Made by a program: the position numbers and the translations under genes. A stretch of DNA of 64,000 nucleotides, from positions 91,452,001-91,516,000 of the forward strand of contig NC_045696.1 of NCBI RefSeq assembly GCF_009834535.1, written 5' to 3'. The notes below the pieces were generated by a model, which was given only the letters and a program-made list of their open reading frames with translations, searched no databases and was not told the origin of the DNA. This stretch comes from Camelus ferus. Taxonomy: Eukaryota. Within the stretch, counting starts at the first letter, position 1, and each line of letters begins with the position of its first letter. Shown here piece after piece: positions 25,704-38,900 of this stretch.

Positions 25704-25770
25704 CTATGGTTTGTATATTTCTGAATATACAGTTATATCTATGGTTTATATATTTCTGAATATACAGTTA
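25704..25770. repeat. Tandem duplication, period 35 bp
   Basis: CTATGGTTT(G/A)TATATTTCTGAATATACAGTTA at 25704-25735 and 25739-25770, one mismatch. Confidence 0.9.
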
Positions 25771-27010
25771 CCAAATTTCCCTTCCCTTATCTGAATTTTA
25801 TTTGCATTATTAAGACAGTCATGCACAAAAGAACTTTATTTCATTCTGATGATTCAAAACAAAAGCATCTGTCATGCTGGTTTGATAACTGACTGGAATT
25901 TTTGCCACAAACTGGAAGACAGACATAGTACTTTTGCTCTGGGTGGGGATGTTGCACCCATGTGCATGTGATAATGGCCAGTAGCCAACCAGCTGCTGAG
26001 AAAGGACCATGTATTTCTCAACCAATGATGTCATAAGTAGATCTTAGTAAACATGAGACAAAGTTCTCTTTCCCATTACCTTCCTGCCCTAGATTCTTCA
26101 TCAAATGGGAAATTTGGTAGTTTAGTTCTTAGCACACATGAGTTCAACAACTCACATTTCTGAGTACCTAGTACAGAACCAAGCCCTGGAAATAACAAGA
26201 TGTTTAAAGGAATGTCTTTGGATATTGAGAAATAATTCAATATTATCTCAAATAGTCATTTCAGATATTCATCTTCACTTTTGAGAATCTTTTTTTTTTT
26301 TTACCATGGAATATCTTTCCTTCTATTTCCTACATCAGAGTTATGAAATAATTGTTATTCTGTTCAAAATTTTTGAATTTCAATTGGAGAGTGACACAGT
26401 ATAGTTTCAGTCTAAGATAAAAATCTATTTTACAAATCATATGGAATTAAAGTTTGAGAAGTGGTCCACACTGGCTTGTGATGTCTTCTTCCATTTTTTT
26501 TTTTCAGGCAAAAACAAGAATATTTTTAAGTGCTGAGTTCGTTCTACATTTTTTCCCCAAAATTGTAATTTATGTTTGATTTCAAAAACATAACTTTTAA
26601 AGTACTTTGAAAGTGTTCTAGTCAGACAATTACCAGTTTTATTTCTTCCTACTTTATTTCTGTCCAATTTAGGCAATTTATACAGTTAAAAGACAGTATT
26701 ATTCATTTATTCAGGGTCGGTATTTTGAATTCCATGTCTTTGAGATACATCCAAAGGAGAATCAAAAGGGATATAGAAGAAATAGCTTCAGTGCTTCTGA
26801 AGTCTAGTCTAGCTAGTGTCAAACAGGAGAGGGAAATCTACTCTAATAGGCCCTGCTGCCGTGTCCTATACTAACTGCTAGGAGCAAGTCCTGGCAGCCT
26901 TGGGCAAATGTCCAGCCCTGCTTTGGGCAGTCATCATAGACACATTTCTTCATGACCCTCTACAGTCCTTCATTGAATCATAGAATTTCAGAGCTAAAAA
27001 CTAAATTCTA

Positions 27011-27537
27011 GTATGGCAGTTCCTTAAAAAGTTAAGCACAGAATTACTTTGTGAACCGACAATCTCACTTCTGGAGACATATCCAAAAGAATTGAAATCA
27101 GAGTCTAAAAGAGATATTTGTACACCCATGTTTATAGCAACATTATTCACAATAGCCAAAAGGTGGAAACAGCCCAAATGTCCATTGACAGATGAATGAT
27201 GAATTGATAAACAAAATGCGGTATATGCGTACAATGGAGAATATTCAACCTTAAAGAGGAATGAAATTCTGATATAGTGAAATAAGCCAGACACAAAATG
27301 ATAAAAATTGTATGATTCCAATTACATGAAGCACTTAATGTAGTCAGATTCATAGAATCAGAAAACAGAATAGTGGTTCCCAGGAGTTGGGAGGAGAGGG
27401 AAATGGAGAGTTTTAGTTCTATGGGTATAGAGTTTCAGTTGGGGAAGATGAAATGTTCTGGAAGTGGATGGTGGTGATGATTGTACAGCAGTGTGAATGA
27501 ACTTGAATACTACTGAACTGTACCACAATAAAAAAAT
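27011..27537 (+). mobile_element. L1MB-type ORF2 end and 3' UTR
   Basis: gagatatttgtacacccatgtttatagcaacattattcacaatagccaaaaggtggaaacagcccaaatgtccattgacagatgaatg through to an aataaaaaaa tail. Confidence 0.9.
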
Positions 27538-27629
27538 TCTTACCCTCATAGAGCTTACAATCTAGGAGAAAGAAAAAGATAATAAGCAAATAGAAATGTA
27601 AAAAATTTTAAAGTACATTCTAGATTAGC

Positions 27630-27980
27630 TTTTGGCCCACCCTCATTTTACAGATAAGAAGCCAGAGGACAGGGAGAAAAGATAACAAGAGCCTATCCAG
27701 TAAGACCCTGATTGTCTGACTCCTGGGCCAATGATTTTTCTGTTGAACCATACTTTCTTTTTGAGATACTTCTAGTACCTCTATTTTGTCTGAGCCTTTT
27801 GATGATGTACTGGAAAGAGAATAGACTCTGGAATCTGGGCTCAAATTGCAGCTCAACTGCTTCCTAAAAGTTTGATCTTTAGATTTCCTTCTTCATAAAA
27901 TGAGGATAACAAGACCTACTTCATAAGAGTAATTTGTTATTGTTACACCTTGGTACAAAGTAAGTAGTCAATGAAAATTA
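27630..27980. mobile_element. Two MIR/MIR3 fragments in opposite orientation
   Basis: ctcattttacagataagaa (minus) at about 27640, and gactctggaatctggg...tttccttcttcataaaatgaggataacaagacctact (plus) at about 27820-27980. Confidence 0.6.
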
Positions 27981-28959
27981 GATCCCTTCCTACTAAGTTC
28001 TTCAAATGCCTTCTCTGAATTTGTTGCTCATTTATTTATATTATGTTCAACATGCATATACTTTCAATCTAGCAATTTCTGCAAAGATATTCCTGTTTGA
28101 GTTTTATAAATCATTCTAAAAGTGCAGTGTGGATATGGAAAAGAATGATTCAGTTGAAAAACCTGGAAAATAAGCCATATACATTTATTTGACCCTTACT
28201 TAGCTGGGAGAGAATTTCCAAAGTGTAAATTTGGTAAAAAATTCAAAACAAGAGCTAACATATTCCTTTTTTTCCAAAAAAATAAAGCCAACTCTGATAT
28301 TTCTACCAGCTTAAAAACAAAAAACAAAAAAACAAAACAAAACAAAAAACCAAAGTCATACTGTATTTTTATTTTAAAAAGGTGCTTATCTCTAAATAAA
28401 AAGTATATAATGGCATGAATTATCCCAAGAATGATGTGTTTCTCAGATCCAATATATTTAGAAAAGTGGTCACAGTTATCAACTGTTAGCAAAGAATCAC
28501 AGGACATTAAAGTTACTACCACAGTCCTCCTTCACCTGATTCTACAGCTTTCTCCACCTCTAAGAACTCTAAGTTTGGTTATTTTGATTATTCCCTCTGA
28601 GTTTATAATTTTCTTCTAATTCCTTCTACCACATGTGAGGATAAAAAAGACCAATTATTCCCAATTTATACACATCTATAAAGAGCTCCTCTTTATTGAT
28701 TTGCCATGGCTCTTTAGGTTTATGAAAAGATTCGTCTTACGTGCAGATTAGAGAATTATGTTGACTATATAGTCATTGCATAGAAATTAATGTCTTAGGT
28801 TATATTTCTAAGGCTGAACAACTTTTGTTGTCTTATTAAAGATACTGGCAATTTATTTTGGGTTATACATCCTTTCCCTACAGAAGCTATAGATAGCTCA
28901 GCTGGGGAGGTTCAAGACCATTAAACAATATGACTCTGCCGAAGGTCGTATCACTTTAT

Positions 28960-29160
28960 GAACAAAACACGGGTCTTAGATTTTAATGAACTTAGATCTA
29001 ACTCCTGGCTCTATATCTTACTTGATTAAGTCATTTACCTCTCTGACCTTTTAACCTCTTAAATGAAAAGAGATAATAATCGACAATTATGAGGATTAAA
29101 TGATAATTATATAAAAATCTAAAAGAGTTATTGGTACAAAAGTAAATATTAGTTATTCCA
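28960..29160 (+). mobile_element. MIR
   Basis: tcctggctct...aagtcatttacctctctgacct...gataataat...tgaggattaaatga. Confidence 0.7.
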
Positions 29161-29460
29161 TACACATAGAAACTAAAATTTTATTTTTATTTTTGATTCT
29201 AGTTTTGCTTGATTTAGAATTTTCACTAGACTTTTAAAATATTATAAATTATAACTCCATTCTGAAATGTTATACAATGCAACTTGCTTAAAGCATATTT
29301 ATTTAAATCTACGTTTCATTTATGTTCTACCGTTGTTTAAAGTTATTGGCTCACAAACTGAAAACTAAAGAAAGTATTTCTAAAGGTGTTTGTGTGTTGA
29401 AGTCTAAAGTGTAACTCTGGGAAGAATCTGATGTTTAATGCTATGTATATTTGTTTCTAG

Positions 29461-29600
29461 ATTCTGTTAGAAGTTGTGTAGCAAAGCTGTTTTTCACCTG
29501 CTCCCTGAAGGGTCATTACTGCCTCTACAGTAAATCCAGTTTTATTCTCATCAGCCAAGAACCTCAGCCATGGATCCAGATCATGTTTCTATTTCAGCAG
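29461..29600 (+). CDS. VEPH1: VEPH1 internal coding exon (about exon 10, 140 nt, phase 1 to 0): [47 protein letters not shown]
   Basis: Acceptor ttgtttctag|AT and donor CAGCAG|gtgtgt. The phase matches the previous exon (G|AT = Asp), and the peptide is near-identical to recalled human VEPH1. Confidence 0.97.
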
Positions 29601-32354
29601 GTGTGTATGAGCTGCGTTCATCGTGGCTCCTTATGAGACAGTGGGGTATCAGTTTATAACAATTTTTACTGAATTATTCTTTGACCATGGTTGCTATGTA
29701 GATAATAGCAGTATATTCATATTTCATTAGTAATTTTTAACATGGATTTTCTATGTTTTAGGATAATTCCCTTATAAAAGGCCCTGGATTAGTAATCAGG
29801 AGGACAAACCTATTAATATCTTGACTATCCTTAACTTTAAAAAAGAAGAACAAATGGGAAAATACTTTTTGTTCAACAATAACAACAAAAACATCTTATT
29901 TGGGGGAATAGCTTTCCTCATGTAGAGCTAGCCTTTATTTCCCCCACAGTCTTCCAATCTCTAATTAATTTTACTATCGACATATCTTTTTTTGACATTG
30001 TTAAGATACTGGAATGCTACTTTTTTCCATAGAATTTATGTATATAGGTAAAATTACATAAAGAGGAGCTTTGAACTTAACAATAAAGAATTTGATGCAA
30101 AGATTTTAACATCAAAAGAGATTCTTATTTGGAAATACTTATCTTGAATGCATTAAACTTGCATATAAAATTTGAATATAGATTATAAAATATTAGTAAT
30201 AGAAAGGATCTTAGACATCATTTTTCCAGATAGTAAAATTGAAGGACAGAACTCAGACCACCTGACTGCAGAATGAGTGATCTTTTCACTGTTTCACATT
30301 ATGTTAAAAAGCAGAATGGAGGATGCAAGCAGGAACAAGGAGGGTGGAGGCCGAGAAAACAGAATGCAAATTTTATAAAATGGTTAAAAATTAGGCCAAA
30401 TGATAGTATTTACTTCTATTAATAAAATATTTCTATGTTGAGCCCTACAAAAACCACCAACCAGATAGTTATATTTCTTTCTAAAGAAAAGGCATGCTTA
30501 TTAAGAAAAAAATGAATTTTAATGCTACATTTATTATAGTTGAAAAGTAGAACTGTAGTAATTAAGAAAAGAGACAGCTTAGACATGCTTTAGGGATACC
30601 ATGTTTCTCTGTATTGGGTCTTCTTAAGAACACTTAATCACATCGCATAAAGAATAACTCACATTTTGATGTGAATCAACTTATATGTGAATATTAAAAA
30701 CAGCATTGATTTTTCTTTCTTGAAATAATGATCTTATTTTTCTTCTACTTTACTAATACTTTTCAAATAGTTTACATCACTGGTTTTGTAGTTGGTTTCA
30801 TCTTTGGCTTTGTTCTTAACAGTTGTCAGTTTTCTGAAAACAAACCAAGAAAACTTGATTTTACTTTTGCCCCTTTAGTCTTATTTAATTGACTTAGTCT
30901 AATCCTTTGTCTTTCTCTTTAAGCAAAATCACCAAAAAAAACCTGTTTAGCCTGCTTTTCTTCTTTGTTCTTTCTACTATACTGTTCTCTTTCTTTTTTC
31001 ACACCTTTGATATTGTGTGATCTGGGTGAAGCCTGACTTTGGGGTAAATAAAAATCAAATCATTGACTTGATAGCTACAAACCCAGTACTACCTTTGTGT
31101 GCTGGCCATACTGTTTCTCTTCTCTGTCAATTTACACACTCATGGAGCTCTCAGATTAACAGATTCCAATCTAAATGGTCCTCTTTGAAATGAAGATTAA
31201 TTAAATCAGGTTCTGCTCCTCAAGTGAAAAATCATATGCTGTATAAGTTTCTGATAATAATCAAGAAATTCCCAGATGTGTCCACATTTTGGGTTTCATG
31301 ATCAGTTACTGGCTCTTAACCTTTTAAAATCTGTGGACCACTTACTCAAGGTATAAGACCCTCTACTTTTTCCCACTTAGAACAAGAAACAGCTCATCTT
31401 GAGGATAATAATGAGATTTTTCTGGAAAAAAATTGTTTTCACTAGCTAAATACAAACTTTGTATACACAGACCTCTAGAAAGTCTCATAAGTCAATGTTT
31501 GGACTGTCAACTGACATTGAAAATGGGATTTTATAAGCCAATATTAACTTATTATACCTCACACATAAAGGATAGTATATATGGTATTTATATATATGTA
31601 TTATATTATTTTGTGTCATTTATTTTATATTTTTTATAAAATTGTTCCCTTGAATTGAAACACTTCTCGTATTCAGAGGTATAGCATCACAACATGTAAA
31701 TTACTATTAAACACATAATTGATTAGTAAATATATAGTTTAAATCTTCCTTTGAAAATTTCATTTTCTCTGGCTTCAGTGAAAAATGATTCTTTTTTTAC
31801 ATTTAAAGTCTTATTGTCCAAAACCTAGAGTATCTTAAGGCTCTAAGAATATTTACCGATTATCCATTTTAATATTAAAGGAGTTTTTGTCTTCCTCACC
31901 ACCCTCACACACTATTCATATCTGAAGAGTTGCATAATGGACTTAGTTACTTAATGTCTATTCTTCAAGATCTAATCTATATAAATAAACTTGATATTTG
32001 TACTTTAGTTTTAATTTTACACCTTAATTCCAAGATTTTTGAAAAATAAATATAAATATTTATATTAACCATTTTCCAATTAAGTAACATGCTTGGGAAA
32101 TGATTGAGGTAAACACTCCATTATAAAGATTAGGCATAGTTATAGAGATCAGTATCAACTATCTTGAAAATACTATTTAATAAGTTAAATTTTCTGTTAA
32201 AAAGTAAAAAAGCATTAAATGTATCATATGTTTGATCTTCAAGATAGATTTCTCTATTGTTTATTTAGATTTAAAACATGTTAAAGTTCAAACCAAACCT
32301 CAGTAGTGCTTTGCAGTTAATCAAACAGTATTTCTCTCATTAATACCCCTTCAG

Positions 32355-32489
32355 AGTCTGTTGCCTGAGCCCCTGTCCATACAGAGTCATTCTGTGCAAT
32401 TCCTCAGTGCCCTGTGGGAGAAGACCCAGACAGAGGGTGCTCACAACTTTGAAACAGCCATGATGGAGTCCACATTCCCGCAGCAGAAG
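32355..32489 (+). CDS. VEPH1: VEPH1 internal coding exon (about exon 11, 135 nt, phase 0 to 0): SLLPEPLSIQSHSVQFLSALWEKTQTEGAHNFETAMMESTFPQQK
   Basis: Acceptor ccccttcag|AGT and donor AAG|gtaaat. In frame with both neighbours, and matches recalled human SLFPEPLSIQSHSVQFLRALWEKTQ. Confidence 0.97.
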
Positions 32490-32589
32490 GTAAATGCTTC
32501 TTGCCTTGGGCATGTTTTTTTAAACCCAAATTCAAGATTAGCTTGAAATAATTTGCCTTACCTGAACAGTTCAATTTTTCCTTCTTTCT

Positions 32590-33655
32590 TTTATTATTAT
32601 CAGAAAACACTTATTAAGTAATGAGTTTCATGTCATGCTGTAATGGACCCGGGACCTAGTGATATTAGTAGACAAGGTCCCTTTGAGGCTCACAGACTGA
32701 CATAATCCAGCCCACTCCGAGCCACACAAAAACTGCACACATGGTATGGAATAGAAAATATTTTACAAAAGAAGACAGCTCTAGGATTGAAAGGGGGAAA
32801 GCCTCAGGGAATCAGGCTCTAGGTTCTTTGGTGCTTTTCATTTCTTCCCTCCATACTTTGTCCCATCACCTTGTCCTCTATAGTCACCACAAAGCATGAA
32901 ATGGAAGGTAACATGAACAGGAAGAGAGAGAGCATGGTCAGGGTGAGAAAGAGCTCCATTAAGGTAGGCAGGGATAGTTTGAAAAAGAGCATTTTAGGAG
33001 TGTGGAAACAACAGCATCACTTTCAGGACACAGATGACTGAGACCTCCTGAGCAGGCCATCTAGCTGCGAAAGGACCGGAGTGTGGAAGTACACCCATCC
33101 AGTCAACAGAGTGAAGCCAGAAGTGGACATCCACTGACATGATCAGATCTGCACATGAGAAAGGTCACAGGCCTTGGCATGGAGATATCATTAGAGGAAG
33201 CCTGGCTGAAGACAGAAAGACTACGAAGGAAGCTATTACTGTAGTTGGGTAGGAAATACAGGCCTGAACTAAGGTTGGAAGTTATAGGAAGAGGATGAAT
33301 TCAAGAGCCATTAAAGAAGCAGAATCAGTAGGACTTGGTGCCTGATAAGGAAAATGGAAGAACAAAGTTTGACTCCGGGTGCACCATATGGTCAAATGGA
33401 TGATGGCATCATCCTGAAAAAGAGAGACCACAAAAGATGCTGATGTGGAGGAAGAAGATAAATCATTCTGATTTACTTATTTGAGTGTGAGTTGTTTGTA
33501 TAGATAGCCAGATGGTGATAGTGGTTGAAATGCCAGTGTGGGCCTCAGGAAGAAGACCATGGCTGGAGATACGGATTTCGGTGTCAAAAGTAGCACTTGA
33601 TGTCATGACAGTAGATTGGATCATTTAGGGAGAATGTGTATAATGAGAATTGAGA
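32590..33655 (-). mobile_element. Fragmented L2
   Basis: The purine-rich reversed L2 body contains gaagctattactgtagt, gcagaatcagtaggacttggtg and ggctggagatacggattt. Confidence 0.65.
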
Positions 33656-34804
33656 ATGATTATTGATCTCTCCTTAGTAAATTACCAGCTTCTCTAAGTC
33701 CTTCCCACACTGAAAAATCCTAGTTATTCTTATTTTGCCTTCAAGAAAGTCCAACAATAAGCATTGGATGCTTACTGAGCAAACCAGAGAATAAGAGTAT
33801 ATATATGATCGTGGTCTCTGTCGTTGTTTTACCGGTGAGAAGGGGGACAAATGTACCAATAATAAATAAATTCAATATTAACAAACAAGTAGCAAATTAA
33901 TCAAAAACTATTATATTGTGAAACTAACTCAATATCTCTTAAGTTCTGAAGGGTTGTAAAAAAATGAGAAATGAGCATGATTAGTCAGAAGTTCAGTTAG
34001 TATGGTCTGTAAAACACTGAAGCCATATCCAACTATTGCATCACTATTTTTTGGCCTTGATTTAAGAATTAGACACGTAGTATGAAGAATAAAGGAAATG
34101 CCGTAATTGCATCAATGCAAAGTAGAATAGAATTATTTGCATATTTCATTCAAATTTTAAACTGTTGCATCATGTTTAAAGACTATGCCTCAAATTCTTA
34201 TAAATATTTCATTGTAAACTGTATTGTAACTTGAGGGAACTAGTAAAAGAAATCTTGGCAGGCTGCTTCAAGTCCTAAGAGATTAGGGGGAAAAAAAACT
34301 TGGCAAACCAGTTTTGTGCATGCTCACAAGTATACTTATTCATATCTCTTCCATTTCTTACTAATAAATATTCCTCTAGGGAAAAAGTAACTGCAGACCA
34401 AAATGTTTTAGAAATTTAAAAATTTTTATAATCTGGTTTACTCATAAGTAATAGAAAAAACTTTGATATCTGGAATGTACATTATGTGGCAAAGTTTATC
34501 TGCCCTGATATTTCTCAATCAAATTGATTTTCCACTATCTTTATTTTATCAAGTGTTCTGCCCATTCAATTCAAAGTAGCTGTGAGTATGGTCCACAGTC
34601 TGCTTTCTTTTCACCATGTGTGCCAGGATGTACATACACTAGTGATTTGAAAGTGATGGGCATGTGTGTTATCTGTTGCTGTGATAGAATTAAATCTGCA
34701 GCCAACTGGTTTGGGTGTACAAAAAAGGAAGAAACTTCTGAGAAAATGCCTAGGTCTCTAGAATATAATGCTCTGTAGAGTTTGTTATTGTGAATTCTTT
34801 TTAA

Positions 34805-35065
34805 TAGAATCTTGGAATTTTAGAACTGAAAATCGACAGTAAGTTATCTCTTGAATTGCAAACTGCTTCAGGGCAAGGATTGAACTATGTTTACCATTAT
34901 ATTTCTAAGGGTCACACAGTGCCTGGCACATGGTAGGCTCTCAATAAATAATGGATACCAATTGAATAAATAAATAAATACTGTCATTTTCCAGATGTTA
35001 AGATTGGAAGCATAGGGACCAGCTAAAGGTCGCATACCTAGTCTGGCAGAGCTAGAGCGTGAGCA
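34805..35065. mobile_element. MIR3 fragment interrupted by an L2 3' end (+)
   Basis: cacagtgcctggcacatggtaggctctcaataaata...tgaataaataaataaa lies between MIR-like atagaatcttggaattttagaactg and cattttccagatg. Confidence 0.65.
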
Positions 35066-35087
35066 TACACTATGGGAACATCAGGGC

Positions 35088-35479
35088 TGTTACCACTATA
35101 TCTGGTTTTTGTCTACTCTGGGCTTATAAGATTACAATTCCCTGCTTCTTGAAGTAAGTCTTGGCCATGTGACTTGCTTTAGCCAATGATATATGAGAAG
35201 GGACATGTGTCACTCCAGGCGGAAGCTTTTAAAAGCTAGTGTGTGATGCTCCATGTTCCCTCTTACATTACCATGGGGAATGTAGAAGCAAATGTTGACA
35301 TTGAGCTGCCAGAGGATAGACACATCCTAAAACTCCAGACCACCACATAGAGGACTTCCACTCTGGAGAGCCACTCAGACCCACCACGCACTTTGCGTGA
35401 GGAAGGAGCAATCTTCTGTTACAGAGTAAAGTTTTGGTGTTGGTTATGGGAGCATAACCTACCAAACTTGATTCATACA
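35088..35479 (+). mobile_element. MLT1 (MaLR) solo LTR, MLT1H/I/J-like
   Basis: ggccatgtgacttgctttagccaatga...atgtgtcactccaggcggaagc...gcataaccta...tgattcataca, with TG...CA termini. Confidence 0.85.
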
Positions 35480-35489
35480 CCTACTGGAG

Positions 35490-35718
35490 TAGGTAACCAA
35501 GTCAGCACTGAAGACAGATTACCTGGATTTAAAGTTTGGCTCTGCTGCTTTCCAGTTCACCAGCCTTTGGCTCAGTGCCCCGTTTCTTTACCTGGATAAT
35601 GGCAGTAATATTAGTACCTACCTCATAGAGCTGTCTGAGGATTGAATGAGTTAATACATAGAGAGCTTTCAGAATAGCGGCCACCCTTGTGATCTCTCCA
35701 TAAATGTTAGCTGATATT
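35490..35718 (+). mobile_element. MIR, near full length
   Basis: tagtacctacctcatagagctgtctgaggattgaatgagttaatacat...taaatgttagct. Confidence 0.85.
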
Positions 35719-35860
35719 CTGATTCCTAGCCAGTATTTCCCTGTCTCTCTTGGCTCTGTCTCTGTCTCTCTCAAAAATAACAGAAATTCAAATCTTAGAT
35801 GTATAGAGAGGTTCAGAGTAGAGGTGGAAAGTTGAGCCTGAAGGATAATTTCTCAAATTT

Positions 35861-35912
35861 ATATGTATGTATCTATCTATCTATCTATCTATCTATGTAT
35901 TTATATATATAT
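35861..35912. repeat. Compound (TATG)/(TATC)n/(TA)n microsatellite
   Basis: atatgtatgtatctatctatctatctatctatctatgtatttatatatatata read directly. Confidence 0.85.
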
Positions 35913-35959
35913 AAAACTTTCTAATTTGATCAGACTAACATTAGAAAACACTCTCCAAA

Positions 35960-38900
35960 TATCAAACACAATTTTCAGTATAAAATTTGAGTTATCATTT
36001 GCAAACTATTTATCAATCTCACAGAGAAGAAATGTGAAAATTCTTATATAATATCATGCTGTAATTTTTTTAAGTTACAAAAATACAAGAAAATTTAATA
36101 TAAGTATAATGCATCAGTTCAATAGTTCAAATAAGAAAAAAAATCATCTCTAGATATTTAAATAGTACTTGATAAAATTCAACATCTGTTTTTAATAACG
36201 ACACACTTTATATTAAAAATGTATAAAATGTCTGTCTCCCTGTTTAGAGTGGTTTCCCAAGGAGCATATGCTTGCCATTGTACACCCAGCACTCAAAGCA
36301 TCACCTTGCATGTAATAGGCACTCAATGATGTGTTGACTGAATGAAATGAATGATTGCTGTTAACAACTAGAAACAAAAAGATGTTTTCATAGTATGATA
36401 AATATTTGACTTAAACAAAAGAAAAATTACACTTAGGATGAACTGCTGAAGATGTTTCTATTAAATACAGGAGTAAAACCAGAATACCCACTATAATCTT
36501 TATTATTTAGTATTGTTCAAAAGCATTGACCAACATGAGAATGTAAGCTCCATGAGAAGAGAGATCTTGTCTGTCTTGTTCAGAAAGAATCTTGAGTATG
36601 TAAAGAGCATGCCTGGCTCATAGTAGGCATTAAATAATAATAATATTGTGTTGAAAAAATAGAATACAAGGCATATAAGTAGAATAATACTTGAAAAAAG
36701 GAGATAAAGTCAGCATTACTTTCAGATAATATGAGAATCAAAATAGAGCTATTCAAATTAATAGTATTCATCATCAAAATAATAATATCTAACTTTTACT
36801 GGGCATTTAGAATGATTCATTCATTGTCCTATGCACTTAATGTCAATTATTTCATTTAATTCCAACAACAACTCTGTGAGATAGATAATATTATTATCCC
36901 CATTTTCAAATGAGTAAACTAAATAGAAGGGAGACTGATTAATTTTCCTAAAGTCACAGGGCAATGTAGAGAAATAAGACTTGAACAAACATAGTGACAT
37001 ACCAGGTTCCTGACTGGGAATAAAGAATACTTCAAAGATGTTAATACTTCCTAAGTTAATTAGGCAGGTTAACTAAATTCCAATTTTAATTCTAGTAGTA
37101 TGATTTTTGATACATTATGAAGTGATGGTAAATATAAGCAAAAGAACAAGCAGATAAGACTTGTTTTTAAATTTTTGAAAGGGAAAAAAGAGAACTTCCC
37201 TAAATATTAATACATACTATAAAAACAATAATTGTTAAATCATTCCACTTCCATGGCAAGATTTAACACAGAGATAAACAGAACAGACTATGTAGTCCAG
37301 AGACCAACACTAACATATACATATGATCAATTAATATGTATATATAGAATTGTTTAATTACATATAAAACAAGTACTTAAAAATAAATTTTAAAAAATTA
37401 GACTAGTCAAGCAAGATAAATAAACTCTAGAAATCTGCTGTACAGCATTGTATCTATAATCAGTGATAATATATTGTACACAAAAATTTAAAAGCATAAA
37501 TCTCATGTTGTCTTTTCACAATAAAATAAAATTTGAGATGAATAAAATTTTTAAAACTAGTGAAAAAGAGAATAGATATTAAAATCCTAGAGCCAGTTTT
37601 ATACACAGAGAAAAACATAAAGGCACTTTCTGTGAGTAGAAATTAGACAAAGATGCCTGCTGTCACCCTCAACATTTAACATTCCATTTTACTGGAGGTC
37701 CCACTCAATGCAGAAAGTCAAGAAAAGCAAATAAGAAATATAAGGATTGAAAGAGAAGAAAGGAGAGAGAAACAGAGAGACAGAGACAGAAATAGAAAAA
37801 AAAAGGGAAATTATTTACAGATAATAAAAAAGTATATGTTTAGAATATTCAAAAAAATCTAACTAACATTTAGAACTTATAAGGGAGGTCCATGAAGTTA
37901 TTTGATATAAGCTCAACATAAAATCAATAATATTATACCTATATATGAGTAATAACTATTAGAATGTGTAATAAAAATATGCCACTTATAATAGCCACAA
38001 AACCTTTAAGGAATCTAGAAATAAATGTAAAAAAAGCTGTGAAACTCTTTAAAGAAGAAAAACTTTAAATAATAATAAAAACATTTTTTAAAAACCTGAA
38101 TAAATGGAAAGATATGTGCTTCTCATGGTTAGGAACACTGATTACACAACTGAAAACTTTCTCTCAAATTATAAATGCAATTTTATTTCCAATCATAATA
38201 GCAACAGAATTTCTTCATGGAGTTTGACAAACTGATCCTAAATTTGAGAATAACCAAAACAATTCTGAAAAAGAACATGGAGAAAATTTTTCTACTAGGA
38301 AATGAAAACTTATGCTAAAGATGTGATAAAATGATTGCTGCAGGGATAAATTAATGGTAAAGAATAAAAAGTTCAGAGATAGTTCCAAGCATATGTGAAC
38401 ACTTGGTAGATGATAGAAAAGAGATTTCCAATCAGCGAGGAGAAAAATGAAATATTTTAAAACCTATAGGGACATGTGACTTTCCAGATTGAAAAGATAA
38501 AATTAGATTCCTCCCTGACATATAATAAATTAATTAACTCCAGATAAAGGTCTAAATGTAATCAATGAAACCTTACAACAATTAGAAAAAAATATCAAAG
38601 TTTGTCTTTATGACCTCAGGATAAGAAAGAATTTAAGACATAAGTGAACAGAAATCATAAATGAAATATGAATAGATTCAACTATTTTAAAATTTTAAAT
38701 TTCTGTATGACAAAATACACCATAACAAAGTTAAAAGGCAAGCACAACCTGGGAGAAGGTATTTAAAATACGTGTAACTAACACAAAACTCTCCTACAAG
38801 TCAACAAAGAAGAGAAAAACAACCCAATAGAAAACTGGGCAAAGAACGTGAACAGAAAATTCACTGAACAAAATACTCAAATGGCCAAAACACCTAAGAA

